From an uncultured bacterium (GTDB taxonomy: Bacteria > Planctomycetota > UBA1135 > GCA-002686595): a stretch of DNA of 64,000 nucleotides. A program made the translations under genes and the position numbers. Where the stretch lies: NCBI GenBank assembly GCA_943787795.1, contig CALSNU010000006.1, forward strand, positions 529,817 to 593,816, written 5' to 3'. Positions 1 to 12,200 of this stretch are shown one piece after another (within the stretch, counting starts at the first letter, position 1; each line of letters opens with the position of its first letter). A model generated the notes under the pieces. The model worked only from the letters and a program-made list of their open reading frames with translations, was not told the origin of the DNA and searched no databases.

Positions 1-1997
1 GGGGCGACGGAGACGAGGGTGACGACACGCCCGAAGAGGACGCCGAAGGCGAGGAGGAGCGTGAGGGCACGCCCGCGGCGGACGACGGCGTCAGCGGGAG
101 CTACTCCGGCACGCTCACGATGGCGGGCCAGCCCGAGATGCCCATCTCCGCGAGCCTGAGCCTCGACGGCACCCGCCTCAGCGGCTCGGCGACCTCCCCC
201 CTCGGGAACGCCGAGGTCAGCGGCGACCTGGACCCTGAGACCGGAGCCTGCAGCGGGAGTCTCGCCCTGGACTCGGGCGGAGAGGCCCAGTTCGATGGGT
301 CGATCAAGGACGGCGCCCTCGAGTGGACCGTCTCCACGAACGAGGGCGACATCACGGTCGTGGCCGAGCGCTCAAGCCCGGCCTCCGGCGAAGGGCGCGA
401 CGACGAGGACACCGACAAGGACACCGACGAGGAGGACGACAAGGACGCCCCAGAGACCGTCGAGATCGACTTCGAGGGCTTCGAGCACCGCGCGCTCCAG
501 CTCCCCGTGGCCTCGGGCAACTTCGCGAGCCTCTCGGTGAACCACAAGGGGCACCTGCTCTACGTCCGCCGCGGCTCAGGCATCAAAGCCTACGACCTGC
601 ACGGGGACGACCAGGCGGAGAAGAGCGTCACCGCCGGCGGCGACTTCAGCCTGTCCGCAGACGGCAAGCAGCTCCTCGTGGGGCGCGGCAACGATCCTGC
701 CATCGGCAAGGCCGGCGAGGGCAGCTCGCCCAAGAGCGTCAAGAAGGACGGCATGGAGGCCCGCATCGACCCGCGCCAGGAGTGGCCCCAGGTCTACCGC
801 GACGCGTGGCGCTTCTTCCGCGACTACTTCTACGCCGCCAACATGCATGGCGTGGACTGGCCTGCGGTCTACGAGCAGTACCTGCCCATGATCGCCTACT
901 GCGCGAACCGCGAGGACGTGGACTACGTGATGCGCGAGCTCGTCGCCGAGCTCAACGTGGGGCACGCCTACGTCCGCGGGGGTCCGATGGAACGGGGCCC
1001 GCGCGTCGGCGTGGGGCTCTTGGGCTGTGACTACACCCTGGAGAACGGCGCCTACCGCATCGCGCACATCGTCGAGGGCGGCGTCTGGGACTCGGATGCC
1101 CGCGGCCCCCTCAGCATGCCGGGCGTCGACGTGCGCGAGGGGGACTACCTCCTCGCCGTGGATGGGGTCCCCATGGACACGGGCAAGGACCCCTGGGCCG
1201 CCTTCCTCGGGAAGGGTGGCGAGGCCGTCGAGCTGACGGTGAGCGCCGCCCCCACCATGGACGACACGGCGCGCAAGGTGATGGTCAAGGCGCTCTCCTC
1301 GGAGCGCGGCCTGCGCTATCGCGAGTGGATCGAGGGCAACCGCCAGATGGTCGAGGAGCTCTCCGGTGGCCGCGTGGGCTACGTCTACGTGCCCGACACC
1401 GGCCAGAACGGTCGCAACAACCTGTTCCGCCAGCTGTACGGCCAGTCCCACCTGGACGCGCTCATCATCGACGAGCGCTGGAACGGCGGCGGGCAGTTCC
1501 CCAACCGGGAGATCGAGGCCCTCGACCGTCCGCGTACGAACTACTGGGGCCGCCGCTGGGGCCGCTCGATGGCGACGCCCAACGACTCCCACCAGGGCCC
1601 CAAGTGCATGCTCATCAACCGCGACGCGGGCTCGGGGGGAGACATGTTCCCGTACCTGTTCCGGCAGGCGGGGCTCGGCAAGCTGATCGGCACGCGGACC
1701 TGGGGCGGCCTGGTCGGGTACTCCGGGAGCCCGCAGCTCATCGACGGCGGCACCCTCGCCGTGCCGTCCTTCGGGTTCTTTGAGCTCGACGGTACCTGGG
1801 GCGTGGAGGGCCACGGCGTCGCCCCTGACATCGAGGTCATGGACGACCCGGCCCTGATGCAAGACGGCGCCGACCCGCAGATCCAGGCCGCCGTGCAGCA
1901 GATGCTCAAGGAGCTGGAGACCGGCGCGTACCAGGCACCGACCCGCCCCGCGGACCCGAACCGGACCGGCATGGGACTGCCCGAGTCAGAGCGCTAG
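1..1997 (+). CDS. Tricorn protease-like S41 peptidase with PDZ domain (5' partial)
   Basis: Frame open from base 3. Motifs EWPQVYRDAWR..RDYFY..NMHGVDW, ELNVGHAY, PDZ GLLGCD, GYVYVP, IIDERWNGGG, catalytic AGSGGD, GTRTWGG, VEGHGVAPD. Confidence 0.92.
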   Translation, partial: GDGDEGDDTPEEDAEGEEEREGTPAADDGVSGSYSGTLTMAGQPEMPISASLSLDGTRLSGSATSPLGNAEVSGDLDPETGACSGSLALDSGGEAQFDGSIKDGALEWTVSTNEGDITVVAERSSPASGEGRDDEDTDKDTDEEDDKDAPETVEIDFEGFEHRALQLPVASGNFASLSVNHKGHLLYVRRGSGIKAYDLHGDDQAEKSVTAGGDFSLSADGKQLLVGRGNDPAIGKAGEGSSPKSVKKDGMEARIDPRQEWPQVYRDAWRFFRDYFYAANMHGVDWPAVYEQYLPMIAYCANREDVDYVMRELVAELNVGHAYVRGGPMERGPRVGVGLLGCDYTLENGAYRIAHIVEGGVWDSDARGPLSMPGVDVREGDYLLAVDGVPMDTGKDPWAAFLGKGGEAVELTVSAAPTMDDTARKVMVKALSSERGLRYREWIEGNRQMVEELSGGRVGYVYVPDTGQNGRNNLFRQLYGQSHLDALIIDERWNGGGQFPNREIEALDRPRTNYWGRRWGRSMATPNDSHQGPKCMLINRDAGSGGDMFPYLFRQAGLGKLIGTRTWGGLVGYSGSPQLIDGGTLAVPSFGFFELDGTWGVEGHGVAPDIEVMDDPALMQDGADPQIQAAVQQMLKELETGAYQAPTRPADPNRTGMGLPESER

Positions 1998-2390
1998 GCC
2001 CGAACCGAGGGGGCGTCGCCGGCCGGTGCTTCGTCGATGAGGAGCCTCGACCGAGAATCTCATCGATGAGAAGCGTCGACCAAGGGCCTCGCCGAGGACC
2101 GTCGAGGCACCCACCGCCCCACCACCACGGCGGCTCCCCCCACCTTGACCCTCCGGCCACCGCGAAGCCAAGCGGCCAGGGTCGGAGCGAGCCTGTGGCG
2201 CCACCCATGGCGCCACGGGCAGGATCGGCTCGGGAAGGGCCGGCTCGGGAACCCGGCGTCCCGCTCCCGGGCGCCAGGCTCCGTGCCCGCGCCCGGCGAG
2301 GGACACCCCGCATCATGAACGGGTGCGCCAGCGTGACGCGCCGCCCATGCGAGGCGTGAGGCACGCCATCGCACGAGCAGCGGGGCGAGG

Positions 2391-2449
2391 CTCAGAGAAG
2401 GGCCGGTTCCGAGGAAGGCCAGCTCAGAGGAAGGCCGGCTCAGAGGAAG
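2391..2449. repeat. 16-bp tandem repeat (ctcagaggaaggccgg) x~3.7, last copy contains the stop codon of 2440..3639
   Basis: Units at 2391, 2407, 2423, 2439 read directly. Confidence 0.75.
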
Positions 2450-3639
2450 ACGACCTCAAGCCCGTCCGTGAAGTTGGAGGTCGTGTTGCCGCCGACGGCG
2501 TCTCGGTGCCAGGCGGTGAAGTTCCAGGTCTCGCCGGCCTGGATCGACACGAGGCCCGTCGGGGTCGGCGTCCGGGTCAGGTCGAGCTGGAGCGAGAAGG
2601 TCCCGCTGCTGCCTGAGTTGAGGATCTCCCCCGGTCCAACGTAGCGGCCGATCGCGCCGCCGATGCAGAGGATGCCCTGGCTCCCGCCGGGGTTCGCGAC
2701 GGCTCCCTGGGAGGTGCTGGTGAGGAAGAACCCGAAGGACGAGCTCGGCAGGCTAGAGGCCTCGAGTCGAAGGTTGTTCGAGCTCACGATGGCCGTTCCG
2801 ATGCCGCCGATCGACCCGGCCGCACCGGTGGAGTTCACGTTGGCGGCGCAGTAGTTCGTCCCGACGCTCCCCGCCGCGACGCCCTTGCCGAACTCGATGT
2901 CATCGAACATCACCACGTCCCCGAAGTTGCCGCCTGCGGAGAGGCGGATCTCGTTGAACTTGAGGTCGACGATCGTCGTGTCAAGATCCGCTCCACCCGT
3001 CGGGTACGGCGTCGCGGGGTCGATCCACATCTGGACCCGCTCATCGCCGGGCAGGCAGTCAATCCGGTAGACGAGCCGCGCCGGCTGGGAGGCGTTGCTG
3101 CCGGTCACAAACTCGGGCGGACGCCCCGTGGCGCCCTCATCGTCGATGCCCCACTCGTCCTGGTCCCATCCGGACCCCAGAAGGAGAGCCTCGGGCAACG
3201 ACTGACCGGCCTTCCAGAGGGAGAGCCCGCAGTACCCCTCGGTCGTGCCGCCGGCGTACTTCTCGATGCTGAAAGACACCCACAGCGTGGCGCCGTCTCG
3301 GCCCCACATGTTGGTCGCCGGGTCGAGCAGGTCCGGGTGAGCGGCGAGGTCAATCTGCCGGTAGGCCGAGTTCCATGTGGCCTGCTGCACCGCGTGCCCG
3401 CCCACCCCGTCACTCAAGACGAAGTTGGGCGCCACGGTGTTGTCCTGGGTGAGGTACGCGGCGTTCCCCGCACCATCGACGTACCAGTTGTTGGACCAGC
3501 CGGTCCCGCCCGGCAGGGCGTGGAAGGTGGCTCCGATGGGGTACTCGAAGGTCTCGGTGCACACCGGCGTGACCTGGGCGGTGGCGGTGGCCGCGAGGAG
3601 GACCACACCGAGCGAGAAGGGCGTGAGGTTGCGTTGCAT
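2440..3639 (-). CDS. Secreted protein, unknown beta-rich N-domain + conserved C-terminal WxRD domain
   Basis: ATG 3639, signal peptide MQRNLTPFSLGVVLLAATATAQ. C-terminal ~140 aa GTNYC..NSTG...LCIGG...WNFTAWHRD..SNFTDGLEVVFL. Confidence 0.85.
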   Translation of the reverse strand: MQRNLTPFSLGVVLLAATATAQVTPVCTETFEYPIGATFHALPGGTGWSNNWYVDGAGNAAYLTQDNTVAPNFVLSDGVGGHAVQQATWNSAYRQIDLAAHPDLLDPATNMWGRDGATLWVSFSIEKYAGGTTEGYCGLSLWKAGQSLPEALLLGSGWDQDEWGIDDEGATGRPPEFVTGSNASQPARLVYRIDCLPGDERVQMWIDPATPYPTGGADLDTTIVDLKFNEIRLSAGGNFGDVVMFDDIEFGKGVAAGSVGTNYCAANVNSTGAAGSIGGIGTAIVSSNNLRLEASSLPSSSFGFFLTSTSQGAVANPGGSQGILCIGGAIGRYVGPGEILNSGSSGTFSLQLDLTRTPTPTGLVSIQAGETWNFTAWHRDAVGGNTTSNFTDGLEVVFL

Positions 3640-3750
3640 GGGAACGAAGGGTTGGGCGATGGGGAAGACTCCGGACGAAGGAATACCCCGCGCGCCCGCT
3701 CCACGCCAGCACGGGCAAATCCCGAGGCAGTTTGACGCGCCCGGATCTAC

Positions 3751-3860
3751 CGCAGTGAACACGGTGCTGCCGCTGTTAACACGGTGCTGCCGCAGTGAAC
3801 ACGGTGCCGCCGCGCTGAACCCGGTGCTCCCGCATCGAACCAAGCGCTCCCGCGCTGAAA
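3751..3860. repeat. 20-bp tandem repeat (cgcagtgaacacggtgctgc) x5.5, decaying to the right
   Basis: Units at 3751, 3771, 3791, 3811, 3831, 3851. Confidence 0.85.
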
Positions 3861-3894
3861 CTCCTGCCCGCGCGCCGCGGCCCAGACCCTGGCG

Positions 3895-5298
3895 CTACCC
3901 CAGGATCTCCCGCACCACCCGCGACTCCTCCACGCCGGTCAGGCGCTGATCGAGGCCGAGGTAGGGATAGGTGAAGCGCTCGTGGTCGATGCCGAGCTGG
4001 TGCAGGATGGTCGCGTTGAGGTCGTTCACGTGGACGCCGCCCTCCGCCACGTTGTAGGACCAGTCGTCGGTGGCGCCGTGGGTGATGCCAGGCTTGATGC
4101 CCCCGCCGGCCATCCAGACCGTGAAGCAGCGGCCGTGGTGATCGCGGCCGCTCCCGGGGGCGCCGAGCTTGCCCTGGCTGTAGACGGTGCGGCCGAACTC
4201 CCCGCCCCACACGACCAGGGTGTCCTCCAGCAGGCCGAGCCGGGCGAGGTCCGAGACCAGGGCGGCGCTGGGCTGGTCGGTGTCCATGGACTGCGCCCGC
4301 AGCTCCCGGTCCAGGTTGAGGTGCTGGTCCCAGCCCCGGTGGAAGAGCTGCACCATGCGCACCCCGCGCTCGAGCATGCGGCGCGCGAGCAGGCAGTTGG
4401 CGGCGTAGGTGCCCGGCTTGCGCGCGTCCGGGCCATAGAGCTCGAAGACCTCCTCAGGCTCGTTGGAGAGGTCGGTGAGGTCCGGGACCGAGGTCTGCAT
4501 CCGGAAGGCCATCTCGTACTGATCGATGCGCGTGCGCGCCTCGGGATCCCCCGTGGCGTCCGCGTGCCGCCCGTTGAGCTTCGCGAGGTCATCCAAGAGC
4601 GCGCGGCGAGAGGCGGCGTCCACCCCCGGCGGGTTTTGCAGGTACAGGACCGGGTTGGCGCCAGGGCGCAGCTGCACGCCCTGGTGGGACGGCGGGAGGA
4701 AGCCCGAGCCCCACAGGCGAGAGAAGAGGGGCTGGCCGGGGTCCTTGCCCGTGCCCTGGGAGAGGAGCACCAGGTACGCCGGCAGGTCCCGGTTCTCGCT
4801 CCCCAGCCCGTAGCTGAGCCATGAGCCCAGGCTCGCCTTGCCCGGCTGCATGGCGCCCGTGTTGATCGTGGTGATCGCGGGGTCGTGGTTGATCGCCTCG
4901 GTGTGCACCCCCTTGAGGAAGCACAGCTTGTCCGCGATGCGCGCCGTCCACGGCATCAGCTCGCTGACCCAGGCGCCGCTCTCCCCGTGCTGCTTGAACT
5001 CGTAGGGCGGCGCCAGCACCGGGAAGCTCTTCTGCCCGGCGGTCATCCCCGTCACGCGCTGCCCGCCGCGGACGGACTCGGGGAGCTCCTGGCCGTGGAG
5101 CTCGCGCATGACCGGCTTGTAGTCGAACAGGTCGATGTGCGACGGCCCGCCGGACTGGAACAGGTACACCACGCGCTTGGCCTTGGGGGCGAAGTGCGGG
5201 AGCGCCGACTCGTCGCCGCCCAGCAGGCGTGAGAGCGCCAGGGCTCCCAGGCTCCCGGCGGACTGTCCGAGGAACGCGCGTCGGGTGAGCTCGATCAT
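3895..5298 (-). CDS. DUF1501 family (sulfatase-fold-like) protein with Tat signal
   Basis: TRRAFL Tat motif; [53 protein letters not shown]. Start overlaps the upstream stop (ATGA). Confidence 0.93.
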   Translation of the reverse strand: MIELTRRAFLGQSAGSLGALALSRLLGGDESALPHFAPKAKRVVYLFQSGGPSHIDLFDYKPVMRELHGQELPESVRGGQRVTGMTAGQKSFPVLAPPYEFKQHGESGAWVSELMPWTARIADKLCFLKGVHTEAINHDPAITTINTGAMQPGKASLGSWLSYGLGSENRDLPAYLVLLSQGTGKDPGQPLFSRLWGSGFLPPSHQGVQLRPGANPVLYLQNPPGVDAASRRALLDDLAKLNGRHADATGDPEARTRIDQYEMAFRMQTSVPDLTDLSNEPEEVFELYGPDARKPGTYAANCLLARRMLERGVRMVQLFHRGWDQHLNLDRELRAQSMDTDQPSAALVSDLARLGLLEDTLVVWGGEFGRTVYSQGKLGAPGSGRDHHGRCFTVWMAGGGIKPGITHGATDDWSYNVAEGGVHVNDLNATILHQLGIDHERFTYPYLGLDQRLTGVEESRVVREILG

Positions 5299-8246
5299 CC
5301 CCGCGTCACCGTCTCGCTCAGGTTGAGGACGAGCCCCGCGGCCAGGGTCCAGGCCGCGTGCTCGGCCGCCTCGAGGCTCGCGTCGCGCGGCGACTCCCCC
5401 ACGGAGATCAGCGCCTCGGCGTCCTCGGGGTGGGCCCCGAAGCGGGCCCGCTCCCGGGTGAGCAGCGACCCCACGATCCTCTGCTCTTCGCCGTCGGGTT
5501 CGCGCCCCACGGTGACCAGGTAGAGGTGGCGGATCTTCGCCGCGTCCGTCGCGCCGCCCTCGAGCAGCACGCGCTGCGCCAGGGCTCGCGCCGCCTCCAC
5601 GAAGCCCGTCTCGTTCAGCAGGACGAGCGCCTGCAGCGGCGTGTTCGTCCGCGATCGCCGCACCACGCAGACCTCCCGGCTGGGCGCGTCGAAGGCTGCC
5701 AGGATGGGCGGCGGGACGGTTCGCTTCCAGATGGTGTACATGCCGCGCCGGTAGAGGCCCTCGCCGTGATCCTGGACGTAGACCTGCTCGGTCGCGGGGG
5801 TGCTGCCGAAGTGGCTCATCTCACGCCAGAGGCCATCGGGCTGATAGGGGCGGCCGCTGGCGCCGCCGATGCGCGGCGAGAGGAGCCCGCTCGCCGAGAG
5901 GGCGACGTCCCGGATGAGCTCGGCCTGGAGGCGGAAGCGTGGGCCCCGCGCCAGGAGGCGGTTGGCGGGATCTCGCTCGAAGAGGCCCGGAGAGACCGCC
6001 GCATCCTGGCGATACGTGTCGGAGAGGACCATTTGCCTCAGCATCGCCTTCACGTCCCAGCCGCTCTCCACGAACTCCACCGCGAGCCAATCGAGGAGCT
6101 CGGGGTGACTCGGCAGGGAGCCCCGCACGCCGAAGTCCTCCGGGGTCTCCACCAGGCCGGTCCCGAACAGGAGCTGCCAGTAGGAGTTCACCGCCACGCG
6201 AGCGGTCAGCGGATGGTCGGGCCGCACCAGCCAGCGGGCGAGGCCCAGGCGGTCCGGGGCGGCCCCGGCGTCCATGGGCGGGAGGATCGCCGGGGTCCCG
6301 GGCTGGACCTCGTCCCCCTTCTGGTCGTAGACGCCGCGCATCAGGACGTGCGCCGGGCGCCGCATGCTGCGCTCCTCCATGACCATGGCGGTGGTCATGG
6401 GCTGCGCCTCGATGGCCGACCGCTGCTGGCCGAGCGCGGCGAGCTCCGCACGCAGGCCGTCCCGGGCGGGGTCGATGGAGCGGTGGTACTCCGCGAGCAG
6501 CGCCTGCTGCTCCGCCGACCGAGCACCAGCGCCCGCGGCGATGGCCGCCTGGACGTCGGCCGGCGGTCCGCTCGCCCGGAGGGCGAAGAAGACCCCGCCG
6601 GGGCCGCCGTAGTTGACGATCTTGACCAGCAGCTCGTTGGCGCCCGGGCGCGCCACCACGGTGATCGCCTCCTGATAGGGCTGGACGCCGCGGCGGACGT
6701 TGGCGTCGAGCACCAGCGCGCCGTTCCACCACACGCGGATGGAGTCGTCGCTCCCGAAGGCGAGCTCCAGGGGTCCGGCGTCGGCGCACTCGAAGCTGCG
6801 GCGCAGGTAGGTGGCGGCGTTGGTGGCCGGCAGGGCGTGCGGCACCCCGTCCACAAGGTCCGGACGCTGGACCCACTCCACCTCTCCCGGAGCGGCGGCC
6901 GCCGACGCGCCCGTCGGCTCGGGACCGAAGTTCGTCTGGAAGGCGGCGTCGCCCGATCCAGCGACGAACGGCCCGGCCACATCCCACGGCGTCAGCACAG
7001 GCGCCGCTCGCTCTGCGTCGCGCCGGGACTCGCCCTCGATCCAGTCGCGCAGGCGCGCCGCCGCCTCGGGCGTCTCCGCCTCGAGCGCGGACCGGACCCG
7101 CCCCTGCTCCGCCTCGAGGCTGGCGAGCCGCTGCCCCTGCTCCTCCGAGAAGACCGGGATGAAGGGCACGGAGTTCTTCCCGCCGTCTCCGTCGTTGCCA
7201 CGGTCGGTGATCGAGTTGAAGTAGGCGAAGAACTGGTAGTACTCGCGCTGCGAGATCGGGTCGTACTTATGGTCGTGGCAGCGGGCGCAGCCCATGGTCA
7301 GCCCGAGCCACGCCTGGGAGGTCGTAGCCACCCGGTCCGCGGCGTACTCCACGAGGTACTCCTCCTCGATGGTCCCGCCCTCATGGGTGTTCATGTGGTT
7401 GCGGTTGAACCCCGACGCGATCCGCGACGAGTCCGTCGCGTCCGGCAGCAGGTCCCCGGCGAGCTGTTCGACGGTGAACTGATCGAAGGGCATGTTCGCG
7501 TTGAACGCGTCGATCACCCAGTCGCGCCAGGCCCACATATGGCGGCCCCCGTCGATGGAGTAACCGTTGGTGTCCGCGTAGCGCGCCACGTCCAGCCACT
7601 GGAGGGCCATCCGCTCGCCGAAGCGTGGCGACGCGAGCAGCCGATCGACGACCGTGGCGTAGGCGTCGGGGGAGTCGTCCGCGAGGAACGCGTGGATCTC
7701 CTCCGGCGTAGGCGGAAGCCCGGTCAGGTCGAGGGTCACCCGCCGGAGGAGCGTGTGCCCGTCGGCCTCCGCCGCCGGCTCCAGCCCCGCGGACTCCAGC
7801 TGACGTTGGACGAGGGCGTCGATAGCCCCGGCGGCGTCCCCGCCGACAGCCGCATCAGGGCCCTCGTTGCGCTCCGGTGCACGGAACGCCCAGTGCTCAC
7901 CCCAGGGCGCACCCGCCGCGACCCAGCGCTCGAGGATGCGGACCTCGTCCTCACTCAGCGGGGGCTCGCCCTCGGGCGGCATCGCGTCGAAGAACTCGTC
8001 CCCGCCGTGAACCCGCGCGAGCAGCTCGCTCTCCCCGGGCGCCGCGCGATCGACCACCGCGTAGCCGCCACGATCTCGGACCGCGTCGTCCTCGAGGTCA
8101 AGCCGCAGGCCGCCCTCGCGCGCCGCGGCGTCAGGCCCATGGCACTCGAAGCAATGCTCGGCGAGGACAGGCCGGACGTCACGCGAGAAGTCCACCTCCG
8201 GCAGCGGAGCGGCGGACACCTGGAGGAGGCTGGCGAGGAGTAACAT
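5295..8246 (-). CDS. PSCyt1/DUF1549/DUF1553 planctomycete cytochrome c protein with inserted PA14-like domain
   Basis: ATG 8246. [68 protein letters not shown]. Insert [19 protein letters not shown]. Confidence 0.9.
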   Translation of the reverse strand: MLLLASLLQVSAAPLPEVDFSRDVRPVLAEHCFECHGPDAAAREGGLRLDLEDDAVRDRGGYAVVDRAAPGESELLARVHGGDEFFDAMPPEGEPPLSEDEVRILERWVAAGAPWGEHWAFRAPERNEGPDAAVGGDAAGAIDALVQRQLESAGLEPAAEADGHTLLRRVTLDLTGLPPTPEEIHAFLADDSPDAYATVVDRLLASPRFGERMALQWLDVARYADTNGYSIDGGRHMWAWRDWVIDAFNANMPFDQFTVEQLAGDLLPDATDSSRIASGFNRNHMNTHEGGTIEEEYLVEYAADRVATTSQAWLGLTMGCARCHDHKYDPISQREYYQFFAYFNSITDRGNDGDGGKNSVPFIPVFSEEQGQRLASLEAEQGRVRSALEAETPEAAARLRDWIEGESRRDAERAAPVLTPWDVAGPFVAGSGDAAFQTNFGPEPTGASAAAAPGEVEWVQRPDLVDGVPHALPATNAATYLRRSFECADAGPLELAFGSDDSIRVWWNGALVLDANVRRGVQPYQEAITVVARPGANELLVKIVNYGGPGGVFFALRASGPPADVQAAIAAGAGARSAEQQALLAEYHRSIDPARDGLRAELAALGQQRSAIEAQPMTTAMVMEERSMRRPAHVLMRGVYDQKGDEVQPGTPAILPPMDAGAAPDRLGLARWLVRPDHPLTARVAVNSYWQLLFGTGLVETPEDFGVRGSLPSHPELLDWLAVEFVESGWDVKAMLRQMVLSDTYRQDAAVSPGLFERDPANRLLARGPRFRLQAELIRDVALSASGLLSPRIGGASGRPYQPDGLWREMSHFGSTPATEQVYVQDHGEGLYRRGMYTIWKRTVPPPILAAFDAPSREVCVVRRSRTNTPLQALVLLNETGFVEAARALAQRVLLEGGATDAAKIRHLYLVTVGREPDGEEQRIVGSLLTRERARFGAHPEDAEALISVGESPRDASLEAAEHAAWTLAAGLVLNLSETVTRG

Positions 8247-8253
8247 CCCGGAC

Positions 8254-8259
8254 AAAGTA
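8254..8259 (-). promoter_or_regulatory. -10 box TACTTT, 7 nt before ATG 8246 (leaderless-type)
   Basis: Seen in sequence; same geometry at eight other genes. Confidence 0.55.
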
Positions 8260-8515
8260 CCAAGGCCGTCGCGATTCCCCATGGCGCTCCTGTTTCGAGA
8301 TCTACACCTTGATTCGAAGCGGGAAGAGCAGAGGTGACGGACCGCGCCCTCCGGGCTGGACTCGAACGCCCACCGATTCGAGGATTGCCGCTTGGGGCCA
8401 CCGGCGAGCGCCACTTAGCGTTGCAGCGCAAAGCTTCACGCCACAGCGGCCCTTCTCCGCTCCGACGCAGCGCTCCTGGCACAGCGTTCCAGGCACAGCG
8501 CTTCCGCTCACCGCC

Positions 8516-8941
8516 ATGCCCAACCTGACCGCGTCACCTCGAGCCCTGGCCCACCGGGTCGCCGGGCTCACCCTCACCCTCACCCTGGCCGGGTGCGCCG
8601 AGGCCCCGGAGATTGAGGTCCTCCAGGCGGAGGTCAGCCCCGACGGGACCAAGGTCGCCACGAGCTTCTACTGCCAGGGGGGAGGCGCTGCGGGCTACAG
8701 CTTCCACAACGTGACCCTGACGCCCGTTGACGAGGCCGTGGATCCCTTCGACGGGCTCCTCGGCAAGCACAAGTCCTGGAACACCTTCGTGGGTATCGGG
8801 GTCATCTGGCTCGATGACGAGAACCTTGAGGTGACCTTCTCCGCGCACGGTGACGACGCCGAGCAGCTGTCCACCCGGGTCGCCACGAGCCTTGGGGTGG
8901 ACCTTCACTACGTGTTCCGATCGGGCTCGACCTCGAAGTGA
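8516..8941 (+). CDS. Small lipoprotein (possibly DUF5412-like)
   Basis: ATG 8516, lipobox LAGC, SPDGTKVA..YCQGGGAAG motif, high-GC3 codon usage. Confidence 0.7.
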   Translation: MPNLTASPRALAHRVAGLTLTLTLAGCAEAPEIEVLQAEVSPDGTKVATSFYCQGGGAAGYSFHNVTLTPVDEAVDPFDGLLGKHKSWNTFVGIGVIWLDDENLEVTFSAHGDDAEQLSTRVATSLGVDLHYVFRSGSTSK

Positions 8942-9058
8942 GCTTGACCCTGGGGTGAGCCGGGCCCGGGGTTGAGCTGAGCCCTGGAGCGAGCTGGGCC
9001 CTGGAGCGAGCTGGGCCCTGGAGCGAGCTGGGCCCTGGAGCGAGCTGGGCCCTGGAAT
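8940..9058. repeat. 17-bp tandem repeat (gagctgggccctggagc) x7 starting at the TGA of 8516..8941
   Basis: Degenerate units at 8940 and 8957; near-perfect units at 8974, 8991, 9008, 9025, 9042. Confidence 0.9.
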
Positions 9059-9221
9059 GGGCGAGCCCGTCGCGGCGGCGCCCCCTGCCAGGGCAAGGAC
9101 TGCAGCCGAGGCCCGGACCGAGCGGTCGGTGGCAGCCGAGCGGTCCGTCGGTCCGGGGCCCGTGAGCAGATTCCGAGCTGGCGCCTATGATCGGGAGCGT
9201 GACGCCCATCGGCGTCTCACC

Positions 9222-12200
9222 ATGCTCGCCCCCGCCGCCCTCCTCATCCTCCTCCAGGCGGCCCTCCCCGTTCAGGGCCGGCAGGCTGCTGCCGATCAGG
9301 CGGAGTTCTTCGAGAGCCGGATCCGACCCGTGCTGGTCGAGCACTGCTACGCCTGCCACAGCAGCTCGGGTGAGGCCAAGGGTGGCGTCCGCCTCGACCA
9401 TCGTGCGGCCATGCTGGAGGAGTCCCTCTTCGGCCCCATCGTGAGCCCGGGCGATCCCGGCGAGAGCGTGCTCCTCCAGGTCATGCGCCACGAGCTCGAG
9501 GGGCTCGAGATGCCCGAGGGTGGGGCGCGACTCGACGACCAGGTCCTGGCCGACTTCGAGGCGTGGATCCTCGCCGGCGCCGCGGACCCGCGGGACGAGC
9601 CCCCGGGCGCGGCCGAGGTGGAGGCCCTGCTGTCCTGGGAGGCGCGCCTCGCGCGGCGCATGGACTGGTGGAGCCTGCGGCCCGTGGAGGACCCGTCCCC
9701 CCCGGAGGTGGAAGGCACAGATCACCCGGTCGATCGCTTCATCGGGGCGCGGCTCGGCGAGCAGGGGCTCCAGCCCGCCGGCCCCGCCACCCGGCGCGAG
9801 CTCCATCGGCGCCTCACCCATGTCCTCACCGGCCTCCCCCCGTCACCCGAGGAGCTCCGGCGCTTCGAGGCCGACCCGCGGCCCGACGCCTACGAGCGCC
9901 TCGTGGACCGCCTGCTCGCCTCCCCCCACTTCGGCGAGCGCTGGGCGCGGCACTGGATGGACGTCGTCCGCTACGCCGACTCCCACGGCTCCGAGGGGGA
10001 CCCGCAGATCCCCTTCGCGTATCGCTACCGCGACTACCTGATCCGCGCCTTCAACGAGGACCTCCCCTACGACCGCTTCGTCCGGGAGCACGTGGCGGGC
10101 GACCTGCTCGAGCCCCGCCTGGATGCGGAGGGGCGCCTGAACGAGTCGATCCTCGCCACCGCCCACTGGCGGCTCGTCTACCACGGCTACCTGCCCACCG
10201 ATCCCCTGGACGAGAAGGTCCGCTTCGTCGACGACCAGATCAACGTCCTCGGGAAGGCCTTCCAGGCCCAGACCATCTCCTGCGCGCGCTGCCACGACCA
10301 CAAGTTCGACGCCATCAGCCAGGCGGACTACACGGCGCTGTTCGGCGTGCTCGCGTCGTGCCGCCCCGGCATCGTCGACGCCAACGCCGATGCGCTGAGC
10401 CATGGGGTCGAGCTCGAGCTACAGACGATCCAAGGCGGGCTCCGCGGCGCCCTCGCCGAGGACTGGCTGGCCGCCTTGCTGGAGGCATCGTCCCTGGAGC
10501 GGCTCGAGCAAGCCACCGGGGGGGAGCTCGAAGGAGACTACCCCCTCGACGCGCTCGGGCGGGCCGCGTCGGACCCCGAGTGGCGCCGCGGCGCCGTCGG
10601 GGCGGGGAAGGTCGACGCCGGGGAGGACGACACCGCACAGGTCGACACCGCGGAGGTCGGGGCCAGGGAGGCCGGGGCCGGGGAGATCGCCAACGCGGAG
10701 CGGTGGAATCTGACGGACCCGGAGGAGGCGGAGCGCTGGTTCAGCCACGGACCCGGCCTCGAGGCCGGACCCGTCCGCGCCGGACGCTTCACCGTCGCGG
10801 TCGAGGGACCCAGAGCCCTCACCGGGGTCTATCCCGCCGGCCTCTACACCCACCTCACGTCGACCCGCCAGCGAGGGGTGCTGCAATCCCGCCGCGTCGA
10901 CCTCGGGGAGGACCTCGCGGTCTGGGGCCTCGTCGCCGGCGAGGGCGCCCGGTTCCGCCACGTCGTCCAGGACTATCCGCGCCAGGGCACCGTCTACCAG
11001 ACCGCCGGGATCGGCGGCGGGGGCTGGGACTGGAAGCGGCTCGACCTCGCCTACTGGGCGGGCGACTCGATCCACCTCGAGCTCGTGACGGGCCAGGACG
11101 CCCCCGTGGAGACCACCGGCGGCGACCGCAGCTGGTTCGGGGTACGCGAGGTCGCGCTGCTCCCGCGCGGGGAGGAGCCCGCGCGCGACCCCGACCCCGC
11201 GGAGACGCTGTTGCGGCTCATGGCGTCCACTGGAAAGGACGCGTCCCCAGCCGCTGCCGCCCGTGAGGCCCTGCGCGGCGTCTTGCGGCGCTGGGAGGCC
11301 TACGAGTCGTCCGACGCCGAGGCGCTGCTCCTCGACGCGTGCCTGCGCCACGGGGTGCTCCCCAACGAATTGGACGCCCTCTCGAAGTCGGCGCCCCTCA
11401 TCGAGCGCTACCGCGCGCTCGAGGCCGATGTCCCCGTCCCCACCCGCGTCCCCGGACTTCTCGAGGCGGACGCCGCGGACTGGCCGCTCTTCGAGCGCGG
11501 CGACCACCGCCGCCCGGCGGGCCCGGTGCCCCGGCGCTTCCTCGAGGCTATCGACCCCACCCCGTTCGACGCCCGGGGCAGCGGACGGCTCCAGCTCGCA
11601 GACGCCCTCGTGGCCCCCTCGAACCCGCTCACCGCGCGGGTCATGGCGAACCGCGTGTGGCACCACCTGCTGGGCCGCGGCCTGGTCGCCACGCCGGACA
11701 ACTTTGGTCGCCTCGGCGCGCGCCCCACCCACCCGCGGCTCCTCGACCACCTGGCCAGCGAGTTCGTGCGCGGCGGCTGGTCCGTGAAGGGGCTCATCCG
11801 GCACGTGGTCACCTCCGAGACGTTCATGCGGTCAGCGGACGCCGCGGGGGAGGCCCTGGAGCGGGACCCGGACAACACCCTGCTATCCCACGCCTCGGTC
11901 CGCCGCATGGACGCGGAGTCCATCCGCGACGCCATGGTCGAGGTGGCGGGCGCCATGGACGGGCGCATGTTCGGCCCCCCGGCAGGCACAGGGCCCGGCA
12001 CCACCCGGCGCAGCGTCTACGTGCGCGCCCAGCGCAACCGGATGGACCCCTTCCTGGTCGCCTTCGACGCGCCGGTGCCCTTCGCACCGGTGGGCGCCCG
12101 ACCCGCGACCACGGTCCCCGCCCAGTCCCTCACGCTGCTGAACGACCCGCTCACGTGGACCCTCGCCGGGCGCTGGGCGGAGCGCGCTCGAGGGGCCGAT

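Noticed and set aside
5358..8243. Long antisense/alternate-frame ORFs (e.g. 5358..8243+, 11339..13426+, 22916..24964-, 37490..40087-, 41646..43553-, 58323..60167-)
   Set aside because: Shadow ORFs expected in high-GC DNA; they overlap motif-bearing genes and show no family motifs.
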